A stretch of DNA of 64,000 nt. Origin: Eledone cirrhosa (Eukaryota). Positions 24,585 to 36,109 of this stretch are shown here, in pieces; within the stretch, counting starts at the first letter, position 1, and every line of letters starts with the position of its first letter. A program made the translations under genes and the position numbers. Location of the stretch: assembly GCA_964016885.1 (NCBI GenBank), contig OZ024743.1:183334001-183398000 (forward strand), written 5' to 3'. The notes below the pieces were generated by a model. It saw only the letters and a list, made by a program, of their open reading frames with translations, was not told the origin of the DNA and ran no database searches.

Positions 24585-25768
24585 TCATCATCATCATTTT
24601 ATGTCCACTTTTCCCTGCTTGCAAGGGTGGGGCGGGTCCTATTCAGCACAGCATCTCTCCACTTGTCACGGTCCCTCGTCATCTCTAAGCTTCAGCGATC
24701 TGAGGTCTGCTCTCACCACCCCCACCCATGTTTTTCGTGGTCTTCCTCTACTGCTTCTTCCTTCTACTGGAGTTTCTTGGCACTTCTTTATCCAGCGATC
24801 ATCCTCCATGCACATCACATGTCCATACCATCTCAGCCTTCTCTCCTGCACACTACAACTTATCCCTCTTGTACCCAGTTTCTCTCTCAACTCAATCTAT
24901 GCTTGGTCGCTAAGACACATTGACATTGCACATCCCACGGAGAATGCTTGCTTCATTTCTCTCCAGCCGTCACATATTCTCCGCAGTTGCTGCTCATGTC
25001 TCACTACTATGCAGCATTGTGTATCTCATACAGGCATCATATAACCAGCCTTTCGTTCACAGGGAGAAACCTGTCTTTGTCAACAGAGGAAGCAGCTCCA
25101 TAAATTTCTTCCAGCCTGTCCTTATTCTAGATACTATGGTCTCGGAGCACCCCCCTCCCTTGCTATCTGATCACCTAGGTACCGGAAACTATCAACCACT
25201 TCTATAGATCCTACCTGCATTTGAAAAATGTGTCTATCACTGCGACTTCTACTGTCAAATTTCCCTGTATATCTATTGCATATGTAATTTTCCCTACCTT
25301 TTAGTTTGCCTGCTATTCCACTACATTTCTTGTGTACCCAATATCTGCATTGTGTACATTTTATAGAATTTATACCAGCACCTTTTTTACATATCAACAT
25401 GGCCATTTCCCTGATGGAATCAGAGTTTTGTCCTCTTTCCTACTTATCAACACTTTTGTTTTAGCTATGTTCACTCTCAGTTCTCTTGATTCCAACTGCT
25501 GTTTCCATAGCAGAATTTATTCTCTAGCTCCTCTACTGATTCTGCTATAAGTACCAAATCATCAGCATAGAGAAGTTTCCATGGGGATCCAGTCTTAAAC
25601 TCCTCTGCTATGGCTTGGAGGACTTTAATGAACAAAAGCAGGCTGAGGACCGAACCCTGATGTACTCCTACTTGTATCTGGAATTCCTCACTAAACTCCA
25701 TTCCTACTCTCACTTTATTGACAGCACCCTTGTACATAGCTTGCATTGCCCTCACAAGCCATTCCTCT
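24585..25768 (-). mobile_element. Degenerate second copy of the same RTE family
   Basis: GVHQGSVLS, LLYADDL and CTQC..VHKKC fragments in several frames; clear nucleotide similarity to 11949-13140. Confidence 0.9.
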
Positions 25769-25782
25769 ACAGTTAGTTATAA

Positions 25783-26298
25783 TCATCATCATCATCATCA
25801 TCAACGTTTAACGTCCGTGTTCCACGCTTGCATGGGTTTGGACGGGGGTAGTCCCACTTGAGGCAAGAGTGATTGTCTTGCTCGCATAGGACTGTCTGGC
25901 AGGTTTTCTACAGTTGGATGCCCTTCCTAACACCAACCACATTTACAGTGTGGGTCTGGGAGGTTTTTACCGTGTTGCCTACACGGCCACATTACAGCGT
26001 GGACTGTGTGTTTTTTTGTCGTGACACCTACACGATCTCATTTGTTTCGGCCTGGATGGCGCGGCACCAACATAACTTTACATAGAATGGGGTGGTGTGG
26101 ATGGGGTGGGGGTGGTGGCGGGACGGGGTGTATTTTGTTAGAGATGCCTACTGGCAAGGCGGGTCTTCTCTGTTACTGAGTACCGCCAAAGGTCTCGGTC
26201 CAGTGACATTGTCTTGGAGAGGTGTAAGTGTGTGAGGTCGGAGTTTATCAGCTCATCCCAGGTTTTTCTAGGTCTGCCTATTCCGTGGCTACCGTCTA
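25783..26298 (-). mobile_element. Second copy of the 9524-10303 element, inverted
   Basis: Near-identical reverse complement (GRPRKTWDELINSDLT..LSKTMSLDRDLWRYSV). Confidence 0.88.
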
Positions 26299-28984
26299 TA
26301 ATAATTGTTTCTACGTTTGGCACAAGGCCAGCATTTACCCAGTGCATTACTGGTACTTTATTTTATCGACCCCATAAGGATGAAAGGCAAAGTTAACCTC
26401 GGCAGGATTTGAACTCAGAATGACAAAGGCCGTAACACTATGCGTCAAAGTATGGCGTCCGACCCTCTACCGATACTGCCAATCCACCACCTATAATATA
26501 TATAATAATAATAATAACTGTTTCCATTTTCTGTTATTTCTCTACTTCCAGAGCTACAGCTGACTGATATGTATTCTGGCAATACTGCAATATAATATTT
26601 TCTAAAGGAACAAAACAAAACAAAACACTTAAACAGAAAGAAAGGAAAGAAAAAGATATCCAACTTGACATATGTCTTGTAATATATAACAAATTTTATA
26701 ATCCATTTCTCAGAGAATTCAGTTGTATAAATTCTGCATGTTGTTGGAAGGTAACTAGAGTCATTGGAAATAAATTCTTACTAATATAAATTATCATTCA
26801 ATGTCTTCCCTTTATTGTTTTTTTTTATCTTTCACATATTTTATGGGTGCCAAACAATGTAAGATTTCCAGTTTAAAATTTGCTTACTGGTTGGAAATAA
26901 AATGGATGAAATATTATAAGAATTACTTAACTCTCACATTTTGTTGTTTCAACAGTTGTTGTTGTTATTGTCATTATTGAGTGGACCCATTCATTTCAGC
27001 CATGAACAGTTCAATAGCAGAGAGAGGTAGCTGCTGATTGAAGGGTGTTTGACTTCTATTTTTAACAGATATCCTGTCATGATTTAGCAAAAGATATCTT
27101 TACAAATTGGGTTTGTTAATTCAAATGTTTATAGCATCTTTACTAATGAACGTATCATTCTCAAAATGTGCAGTATTATTGTAAAGGCTTTTCTATTAAT
27201 GTGATACAGTCATTGCTGTTTTGTACTTCAAGAATGTCTTGCTAATGTGGTTTTATGTGGTACAGGAGATTAAGAGTAAATGCTGATAACATTGTATAAC
27301 TTGAATGTTCGATCAAATCCACTTAAAAATGTTTTTTCTCTCCCGATTTTTGTATGATTTTAATATAATATACAACATACTATACTGTATGTAACATACT
27401 ATAATATATACAACATACTATACTATATATAACATTCTATACTATATTATATAACATACTATATATACAACACAACAAAGACAAAAACAAATAATATGAG
27501 TTGAACCTTTTATTTATTCTTCATATTTGTTAAATTTCTTAAAATATGTATTCCTTAAAAAATCTGATAAATGTAATTGGTAAAGACAGCCTAAAAATGG
27601 CTTTCAATATTTTGGAGGTGTTTTAGTAAAAATTACAATAGTCTGAGGAATTACTACCACATTCCAGCCTCTGTTCTACAGATGCTTGTCTCCTCCCTCT
27701 AATTTTACTACTACAGTGGCCTCTGCTCATTAAATGTGGCAGATCTCATGCCAGCATTGCTCATTCACTTTTAATACGTTCATAACTCTTCCTTTCAACA
27801 GCTATATTGTGTCTTCTCCACCCTGGCTTTGAACGAACTTCTACACTTGATTCTTCCTCTCCAGAACATCAGTCTTCTGGAAATCACTCCCTGGTCACGT
27901 TTTCCTGCAGCCAACAACTTGTAACTGCACAAAGAAGATGTAAATCTCACATGTTTCAAAGGGATGGTGAAAGCCATCAGCACAAACTGTTAGTCCAGGC
28001 CTAACTATTTTTTAAACATTTTAAAATAGAGAGAAAGCGGGGAAACTATATATCTACAAAGCAGTCTAGAACAGACTTCAAATTTCTATTCACAGATCAA
28101 ATATCGATACTTTATACCACATCTAAATCTTACAAGCTTTATATCTGTAATCCAACACTGGAAATTTATAAAGTTAAATATCAGTTTTAGAAGTCCCATA
28201 TGTAAAGCATATTTAAGCATTAATTTCATGGTGGCTGTTGCCCTGTTTGTTGGATAATACATCAAATACAGTTATTATATTCATATATTCATACTATAGA
28301 AAGTGTGTTCTTATTTGTATGGGTGGGAGAATTGTTTTAAACAAGACTGGTCAGTTGTCCAGTAGAGCTTTGTTGATTTGTCCAGTGAAATATTTTTTAA
28401 TCAGTTTGAAAAGGAAGGGCAGAAATTGATTTCATATTATTATATTTGGTTTTCTCTCTCTCTTATACACACACAAACATATATATATATACATAATAAT
28501 ATATTTGCTTCTCTCTTTCACTCTCCCAAACACACACATATTCATTTGCACTCACACACACATATATAGATAGGTAACTAGGTAGATACATAGATAGACA
28601 TAATTACTATTGCTGGTTTATATATATATAGATAGGTAGGTTGATATACATATCATCATCATCGTTTTTACGTCCGTTTTTCCATGCATAGGTTGGATGG
28701 GTCATTCTCAGCAAGGCATCGCTCCACTCGTGTTCCCTTATCATCACTGTGAGTCTCGGCGATTTGAGGTCTGCTCTCACAACCTCTGTTCCAGGTCTTT
28801 CTTAGTCATCCTCTACTGTGATTTCCTTCCACTCAGATTACCTGGTATTTCTTCACCCACTGGTCATTGTGCATCACATGTCCATACCAACACAGTATTC
28901 TCTCCTGCATACCATCTCAGTAAAAGACAAGACAAAATAATAACTTATAGCAATTAAGCCATAGCACATACACACAGAGTTTTA

Positions 28985-29110
28985 TGTGACGATGAGGAGA
29001 GGGTATTCAGTAGAGTACTCGATACTTCGGAATTTGCTTTTGAAACAGCGAGAGCTCAGCTGTCAGGCCCCTGCTCTCTACTTTATTTGCATTCTACTAT
29101 CCCAAGTGTA
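28985..29110 (+). mobile_element. Fourth, rearranged member of the hammerhead-motif family
   Basis: GAAACAGCGAGAGCTCAGCTGTC then ...ctactatcccaagtg(TA)n; upstream inverted piece agagtactcgatactt. Confidence 0.6.
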
Positions 29111-30686
29111 TATATATACTCTCATTGTTTCATGTACTTTTCTATGCTTGCATGGGTTGGACAGGTCCTCTTCAGCACTGCATCTCTCCTCTCACTGTGT
29201 TCCTTCTTCATCTGTGAGTTTCAGTGATTTGAGGCCATCTCTCATAGCCTCTGTCCAGGTCTTTCTTGGTCTCCCTCTACTGCAGCTTCCTTCCACTGGA
29301 ATCACTTCTTCATCCAACAATCATCATCTGTAACCAGCCCCTGTATACTTTTGTATATTAGGAACTATATTATACAAAGGTAGTGAATTCTTTGAAGGAG
29401 ATTTTACTGCTATTATTAGCAGCTTGAATTCGTTTAAATTTCTGTTGTTCAGTTCCAGGTCACGTCTTATGAGCAAAGTTATTCCAGCGACTATAAGCTA
29501 AAAAATATATAAATCGGAAGAATATATTAAAAGCAACAAAGGAGAAATATTCCAAATGAATATATAAAAAGATGTTGGCTTTGAAAGTTTCTATAATAAT
29601 AATTGTTTCTACTTTTGGCACAAGGCCAGCAATTACTCAGTATATTACTGGTACTTTATTTTATCGACCCCGTAAGGATGAAAGGCAAAGTTAACCTCGG
29701 CGGAATTTGAACTCAGAATGGCAAGGCGTCCGACCCTCTACCGATACTGCCAAATAATAATAGTAATAATGCTTCCTTTATTAACCACAAGGGTTGACAC
29801 AAAGTATAACATTAAGGACAATACAGAGCGGTACAAATGGGTATTTCTGCGTGTAAAAGGGAGTCATATAAGGGAGTTAACATGGCGACAAGGAAGGTCG
29901 CTTGACCACGTCTTGACCGAACAAAATATAATATTTTCACCCAAAACTGCCCTTTAAACACATGTCAGATGGATTACAATATTCATTATCACAATTACTT
30001 TCACTGTTCCCTGACAAATAGTACCAGTTTCAAGATAGAATTATTTTAACGAAGTATATATAATTTGACTTGATTTTCGCCAACAAACCACGTGTGGACA
30101 TGGACGGGGAAAAAAGGAAAAAAAAACAAAACAAATCATTACGTCCCTTAAGGATCGCAGTAAGTACTCCACAAAACATATAAACAACAATATACACACA
30201 GATTTATATACAGATACATACCATATGCATATACACACACGTGAAAAGAAACCACACTATTTCGTGTGAGACACTATACCGGCCAATTTTACCAATTTAC
30301 ATTGGTAAAATATTTCTTAACATTGACTTCGCTTCTAACCCACATACACCTTTTAATTATATATATATATATATACTAGCAGCTGAAAGTTAATAATTTT
30401 GAAAAAAAAATATTATTGAAAGTTTACTATAAAGAAGCAGTATCAGGGGAAAAAAAAACAAAAAAAACCCTTATTTCGCTGTTAATAAACAACTGCCTTC
30501 TACAGTACGTTTCATTTAACTTACGCAGCATATTTATTTGTTTACATGTAATGTAATTCAGACTCTTCTGTACACACACAACATTTAGGAAAACGGAAAC
30601 AAAATACACAAAAAAACAGACATTTTATTTCTATCGTAATCAAGTGCGCTAAACCTATATTGTTTACATTCTGTGTTTTTCTACGG

Positions 30687-32054
30687 ATGGGTAGAAATAA
30701 CAAAATTGCCATGGTGATATCCATCGATGAAATATGCGACAAAACCGGCCGATGTCCCAAGATAGAACATTGCCCAGAAAATCACATCTGCCATATCTGT
30801 GCGGAACCCGAAAACTCGTTCCGTAATCGCTGGGTCGAATGTGGAACCTGTCGCATCTCTGTCTGCCTTCAATGCGCCACAGGCTTCCGGAGGATCCCAG
30901 GCCCAAAAAAGAGACATCATAATGCTATGATGGATGGATTATGGGAGATGGTCCAGCTAAAATCCTGGTCCTTTCAGTGTCTGGCCTGTGTGCCTGCCTC
31001 CACGAATGTTATTAATGTTATTGAAAAACAACAACAACAACAAAAACCAATGACTGTGTCTTCCTCTACCATTGTTACTGAACAACGGCAAAAACCCATG
31101 ACACTGGCTTCTACTGTTATTCCTGTGGGAGAACATCAGAAACAACAACAACCCATGTCTTCCACTCCCAGTACATCTCGACACCAACAACTGGTGACTG
31201 TGTCTTCCCCTACCATTCCCGTGGAGGAACATCATCATCACCAACAACAACAACAGCAACAACCTGCGACTGTGTCCTCCCCTGCCATTCCCGTGGAGGA
31301 ACATCATCATCACCAACAACCTGCGACTGTGTCCTCCCCTGCCATTCCCGTGGAGGAACATCATCATCACCAACAACGACAGCAGCAGCAGCAGCAGCAA
31401 CAACAACAACAACAACAACAACCGACCAGTACAGATTTTGCGGAACTGCAACTAATGATTTCTGCTCTGAGAAGGGAAGTTGCAGGAATAGAGGCAAGCA
31501 TTCGGGTAGGACCCCACAATGAGGGGTCTTATCGGAATGCCTTGCTAAAGAATCTCCCTGTACCTCTTGCTGGAAAGACTGAAAAGACTGCGGAATCTGC
31601 TACCCATGAAGTGATTGCCATTGGGGTACCAGAGGACAAGGCTGATCTTCAGGCATTTGCTGCCAGCTCAGCCAAAGACCTAGGCTGTGTTCCCCCAAAG
31701 GGTGCCCTCCGCCTTGGTCGACCTGGTCCAAAACCCAGACTCATCAGGCTGTCTTTCTCGGACCCCGCAGAGGCAACCTCATATCATCTGGCCTCTGCTA
31801 AAGCTGGGCGTGAAAATCGGATTACCTTCCGAACACGCCCAGGCCTACCACCCCATGTACGTCCAAAACTACGTGCTGCAGCTTCCTTGAATCGGAACTC
31901 AGCACAAGATGAAAGTTTCAGTCTGCGTGATGATGGGCAGATCTGGAGGTTTGTCAAGGCTGGTGAAACGTGGAAGAGAGATACCAGCTGGTCTGAGTGT
32001 GATCTACCCGCAATAACTGGCAATGTAAAAACTGTAACAACTCTGGGAAACTAA
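30687..32054 (+). CDS. LINE ORF1: PHD-like zinc finger, polyQ/H repeats, coiled coil, RRM-like region
   Basis: CHIC...WVECGTCRISVCLQC...FQCLAC; LQLMISALRREVAGIEASI; VIAIGVPED...RLGRPGPKPRLIRLSF. First ATG at 30687, stronger Kozak ATG at 30711 (the track start at 30660 is TTG). Confidence 0.88.
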   Translation: MGRNNKIAMVISIDEICDKTGRCPKIEHCPENHICHICAEPENSFRNRWVECGTCRISVCLQCATGFRRIPGPKKRHHNAMMDGLWEMVQLKSWSFQCLACVPASTNVINVIEKQQQQQKPMTVSSSTIVTEQRQKPMTLASTVIPVGEHQKQQQPMSSTPSTSRHQQLVTVSSPTIPVEEHHHHQQQQQQQPATVSSPAIPVEEHHHHQQPATVSSPAIPVEEHHHHQQRQQQQQQQQQQQQQQPTSTDFAELQLMISALRREVAGIEASIRVGPHNEGSYRNALLKNLPVPLAGKTEKTAESATHEVIAIGVPEDKADLQAFAASSAKDLGCVPPKGALRLGRPGPKPRLIRLSFSDPAEATSYHLASAKAGRENRITFRTRPGLPPHVRPKLRAAASLNRNSAQDESFSLRDDGQIWRFVKAGETWKRDTSWSECDLPAITGNVKTVTTLGN

Positions 32055-32110
32055 ACCAGAACAACCTGCCACCCTCTACACACCATCATAAACTGCGAGC
32101 AGGGTACAAA

Positions 32111-34876
32111 TTGTTGTCATTAAATTCTCGCAGTTTATGCAACAAGATACATCTGTTCGAATCCTACGTCAGAAGCATCGACCCTGACTTCATCACAGTC
32201 ACGGAAACATGGGCACATTCCTTACTCTGTGATGGGGTTTTCACCATTACTGGGTACAACCTTTTCCGCAAGGACCGCATTAACCGCCGTGGTGGTGGTG
32301 TGATGGTCTACGTTCGTTCAAACTTTTCGGTAATTCCTTGCGTTGATTTGAACGAATCACAGGAAGAAGTTTTTTTCTGTGACATACGTATGACCATGTC
32401 AACACTTCTGCTTGGTGTTGTTTATCGACCCCCAAACTACCATCAGGACACACAGCTTTGCGATATCCTCAGAGTTGCTGCCAAGAAAACAGCCACTTAT
32501 GTGTTTATTGCAGGTGACTTCAATCATCCTGAGATCGATTGGGAAACCTTTCGTTGGCCACAGGATGCAAACGATTTCCTTGAACTAGTGCTGGACTCAA
32601 ACTGGTCACAAGTAGTCACCTCTCCAACAAGAGGTGACAACACTTTGGACCTGATCTTCACCACTACTCCTGAAGTGGTTATCAGTTGTACTACTGAGGA
32701 ACCTCTAGGCGACTCTGATCATGCTATGATCATTGCCAATCTGGCACTTGAGGGCAGCAACAAAAACCAGGGCCATCTCCAATCTGCTTGCTTTGATTGG
32801 AAGAGGGCGGATTGGAACTTGTACTGCACTGAGCTACAGCGCCCAAACTGGCATGAGATGTATAACTCTGGAGATGTGAACTCTATACTCCAGAGCATCC
32901 TGGACTCAATATGGATAGCGTGTGCAGCATCAGTGCCACGGAAGCGGAAAAATAACCACCCCAAAAGTGCAATCTGGGAAACTTCAGCGGTCCGACTTGC
33001 CAGGAAAGAACGTCGGAACGCTGAACGGGAATATAAACTGCATAGATCAGATGCCAACAGAAAAAAGCGGAATAAATCTTCTAACCATCTCAAGCAAGTG
33101 ACAAAGAAGGCAGTGCTTGAATTTGAACAGTGCATCGCAACCAATCCTGACAGTAAGGTGTTCTGGAAATATGTTCATTCAAAGCAGAGACCTCACTCTC
33201 CAGTTGGTCCTCTTCGCAATCACCACACAAGCCAGATCACTGACGATCCCAAGGAATGCGCAGAACTCATTGCTGAGTGCTATGCAAATATTTTTACTGT
33301 TGAAAACCAGAATGTACCATCTCCACCATCTCTAACATCAAATTCCATAACAACTATGGAATTTACACCTGCAATGTTGCGACGTCACCTTAAGAATAAG
33401 CGCAACTATGCCTCCCCTGGTCTTGATGGTGTGACATACCTGCTTCTCAAACGTGGCGGGGATTTCCTTTTGCGCCAGCTTTCTTTTTTCTTTCAATACT
33501 GTCTCAGCAATGGTGCTACTCCGGAGCAGTGGAAAACTGCCAGTGTCATTCCCCTGTTCAAAAAGGGCAACCGCATGTCACCTGTCAACTATCGTCCAGT
33601 CAGTCTTACTAGCTGTATGGCCAAACTGATGGAATCCTGTGTCAGAGAAACACTTTGGAACTTCTGGAGCTCTCACAGCCTCATCCGGCCCTCACAGTTT
33701 GGATTTATCCCTAACTCCAGCTGCTGTGATCAGCTTATCGAGTTCCTTGAGGACATCACCCGGATCACTGACAGCGGCTCATGGGTGGATGTTGTTTACC
33801 TTGACTTTGCTAAGGCTTTTAATTCTGTGCCACACAAAAGACTTATGGCAAAACTCTCTGCAATGGGTGTGAGGGATGATCTTTTCGACTGGCTGAAATC
33901 CTTCATTCTCAGCCGAAAGGAAGTAGTCACGGTTCTAGGACAGCATTCTTCACCATATGAGATGTCATCTGGTGTACCACAGGGATCTGTTCTTGGTCCT
34001 CTTTTGTTTGTGGCATATATTAATGACATAGATGCCAACTTACAGAATGCCACGGTACTAAAATATGCAGATGACATCAAGCTGTACCTTGAAATCAAAA
34101 GGACTGATCCTGAAATTTACAACTCTTTCCTACAATCAGACCTGGACACAACGCAGCAATGGATCACAGACTGGCAACTGAAGCTGGCTGTGGACAAGTG
34201 TACCACCATGCATTTTGGAAGGAAAAATCCAGCGTCCACATACTCCCTCCACAACACTGACATCAAAAAGTCCTCTTGTGAACGTGACCTGGGCATTACT
34301 GTCAGCAACGATTTGCGTTGGACAAAGCATGTCTCTAAGGTTGTCAAGAAGGCCGAGGGTGTCTTGGCATCACTCAGCAAGACCTTTGTTAGCCGCTCTC
34401 CAGCCATCTATTTAAAACTGTATACAGCTCAGGTGCGACCACACTTGGAATTCGCATCATCAGTCTGGAACCCCTATCTTGCTCGGAACATTGACCTCCT
34501 GGAAACTGTTCAGAGACGTGCAACCAAGCGCATACCCTCCATCAGACACCTACCATACTCTGAACGCCTTGCTTCCCTGGGCATGGATTCATTGAAGCTC
34601 CGACGTCTGGCAATGGACTTGGTGAATACCCACAAAGTTTTTAACCATCTCGCCAACTGCAACCCTGAGCGCCTCTTTGATCTCCATGTGTCTAACACAC
34701 GTGGACATGCCTACAAGATAAGAAAACAGCACAGCTCCCATGACTTTCGCAGACATTTTTTCACGCTCAGAGTTGCTGAAGCATGGAACAAACTGCCTGC
34801 GTCAATTGTTAGCTGCCGAGACACTGAATCCTTTAAGACACTCATGCTTCCCGAAATACGCCAAAACTACACCTGA
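32111..34876 (+). CDS. LINE ORF2: AP endonuclease plus reverse transcriptase
   Basis: APE motifs LNSRSL, VTETW, YRPP, GDFNHP, TLDL, SDH; RT motifs NYRPVSLTS, YLDFAKAF, GVPQGSVLGPLLF, YADD. The start at 32111 is TTG and the frame is open back to 32003. Confidence 0.96.
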   Translation: MLSLNSRSLCNKIHLFESYVRSIDPDFITVTETWAHSLLCDGVFTITGYNLFRKDRINRRGGGVMVYVRSNFSVIPCVDLNESQEEVFFCDIRMTMSTLLLGVVYRPPNYHQDTQLCDILRVAAKKTATYVFIAGDFNHPEIDWETFRWPQDANDFLELVLDSNWSQVVTSPTRGDNTLDLIFTTTPEVVISCTTEEPLGDSDHAMIIANLALEGSNKNQGHLQSACFDWKRADWNLYCTELQRPNWHEMYNSGDVNSILQSILDSIWIACAASVPRKRKNNHPKSAIWETSAVRLARKERRNAEREYKLHRSDANRKKRNKSSNHLKQVTKKAVLEFEQCIATNPDSKVFWKYVHSKQRPHSPVGPLRNHHTSQITDDPKECAELIAECYANIFTVENQNVPSPPSLTSNSITTMEFTPAMLRRHLKNKRNYASPGLDGVTYLLLKRGGDFLLRQLSFFFQYCLSNGATPEQWKTASVIPLFKKGNRMSPVNYRPVSLTSCMAKLMESCVRETLWNFWSSHSLIRPSQFGFIPNSSCCDQLIEFLEDITRITDSGSWVDVVYLDFAKAFNSVPHKRLMAKLSAMGVRDDLFDWLKSFILSRKEVVTVLGQHSSPYEMSSGVPQGSVLGPLLFVAYINDIDANLQNATVLKYADDIKLYLEIKRTDPEIYNSFLQSDLDTTQQWITDWQLKLAVDKCTTMHFGRKNPASTYSLHNTDIKKSSCERDLGITVSNDLRWTKHVSKVVKKAEGVLASLSKTFVSRSPAIYLKLYTAQVRPHLEFASSVWNPYLARNIDLLETVQRRATKRIPSIRHLPYSERLASLGMDSLKLRRLAMDLVNTHKVFNHLANCNPERLFDLHVSNTRGHAYKIRKQHSSHDFRRHFFTLRVAEAWNKLPASIVSCRDTESFKTLMLPEIRQNYT

Positions 34877-35161
34877 TGTACCCCTTCCATACACATGCAC
34901 ACATGTGTGTATCATGACTCGTGCACTGTTCATTTTACTGATGTTTTTGCATTGCCCTATGTACTGTACATGCACTTTTTTGATGAGTTGTGGTGCACCT
35001 GGGCACTGTGCACAATATTTCGTTATTGTTATTATATCATGACTCATACACTGTTTATTTTCCTGACATTTGTACATTATTCTATGTACTATACATGCAC
35101 CTTTGATGAGTTGTAGTGCACCTGAGCACTGTACACAATAATTTCATTATTATTATTATTT

Positions 35162-35590
35162 AAAAAAACCCCCAAAACAGCGGATGTAACAAAAAAAGAA
35201 ACAATGAAAAATTCCCCAATAGTGGGGAGACTTCCGAGGGCCGCTCGTGGAGAAAGCCCACAAAAAAGCCACGGTTACCCTGACCGCTAAGGCAAGTGTT
35301 CTCTTCCAGTTTTCCTCCTACGATGCTACAGGCACACGCTCAAGGTAGGCCCATTCACTCGGGCCATTCTTGCCTCTCCCACCCACATCTCGGACATGCC
35401 CGGCTGACGGTACTTCCATGCCTGTAGAGTTTATTCCGAACTGGCAAAGCTCCTCGATGGCACTACCAGGCCAAGTATTTCTGGAAGTTGTCCATAGGCC
35501 CCGGCCTGAAAGTTCCCCCGAAGAGATTGGCTAGTTGATTTTCGTCGATGCCTCGAGTCTCCCTAAGGACGTCGTCGCTCTTTCCCTCTA
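35162..35590 (-). mobile_element. Deleted fragment of the same L1/Tx1-like family
   Basis: Similar to 48925-49110 and 49470-49595. Confidence 0.7.
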
Positions 35591-35592
35591 GT

Positions 35593-35925
35593 AATAAAAA
35601 AATTATTGTGTACAGTGTTCAGGTGCACTACAACTCATCGAAGGTGCATGTATAGTACATAGAATAATGTACAAAAGTCAGGAAAGTGAACAGTGTATGA
35701 GTCATGATATACATATATACACACACACGTGTGCGTGTGTATGGAGGAATATCAGGTGTAGTGTTGGAGAATTTTGGGAAGCATGGAAGTTTTGAAGGAT
35801 GAAGTGTCCCAACAGCTAACAACCAATGCAGGTAGTTTGTACCATGCTTCAGCAACTCCGAGCGTGAAAAAATGTTTCCGAAACTCGTGGGAGCTGTACT
35901 GCTTTCTGATTTTGTAAGCATGTCC
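35593..35925 (-). mobile_element. 5'-truncated copy of the same CR1-like family
   Basis: Reverse complement matches the end of ORF2 and the 3' UTR (about 34705-35145). Confidence 0.9.
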
Positions 35926-36109
35926 TTAATTTCATATTTAATCTAAGGGGAAAACAAAAAATACTCCATTTGGGTCATTTTCTGTGTTGACTGCTCCCAG
36001 TTCCAGGCGGTTTCCTGTATTTTATATATTTCTACGTTATTTACTTTTGTTTTCTAGTGGGGAAGGTTAGACAAGGGACATAACTATTCCATACTGTTAC
36101 ATAAATTCT

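Larger units (their letters stand above)
30687..35160 (+). mobile_element. Apparently intact CR1/L2-group non-LTR retrotransposon
   Basis: Two long uninterrupted ORFs, a 3' UTR with a terminal stem-loop and an (ATT)n tail at about 35146-35160. The 5' boundary and TSD were not resolved. Confidence 0.92.

Noticed and set aside
27660-28005. Possible terminal exon of a minus-strand gene
   Set aside because: Candidate frames are short or interrupted by stops, with no recognisable protein
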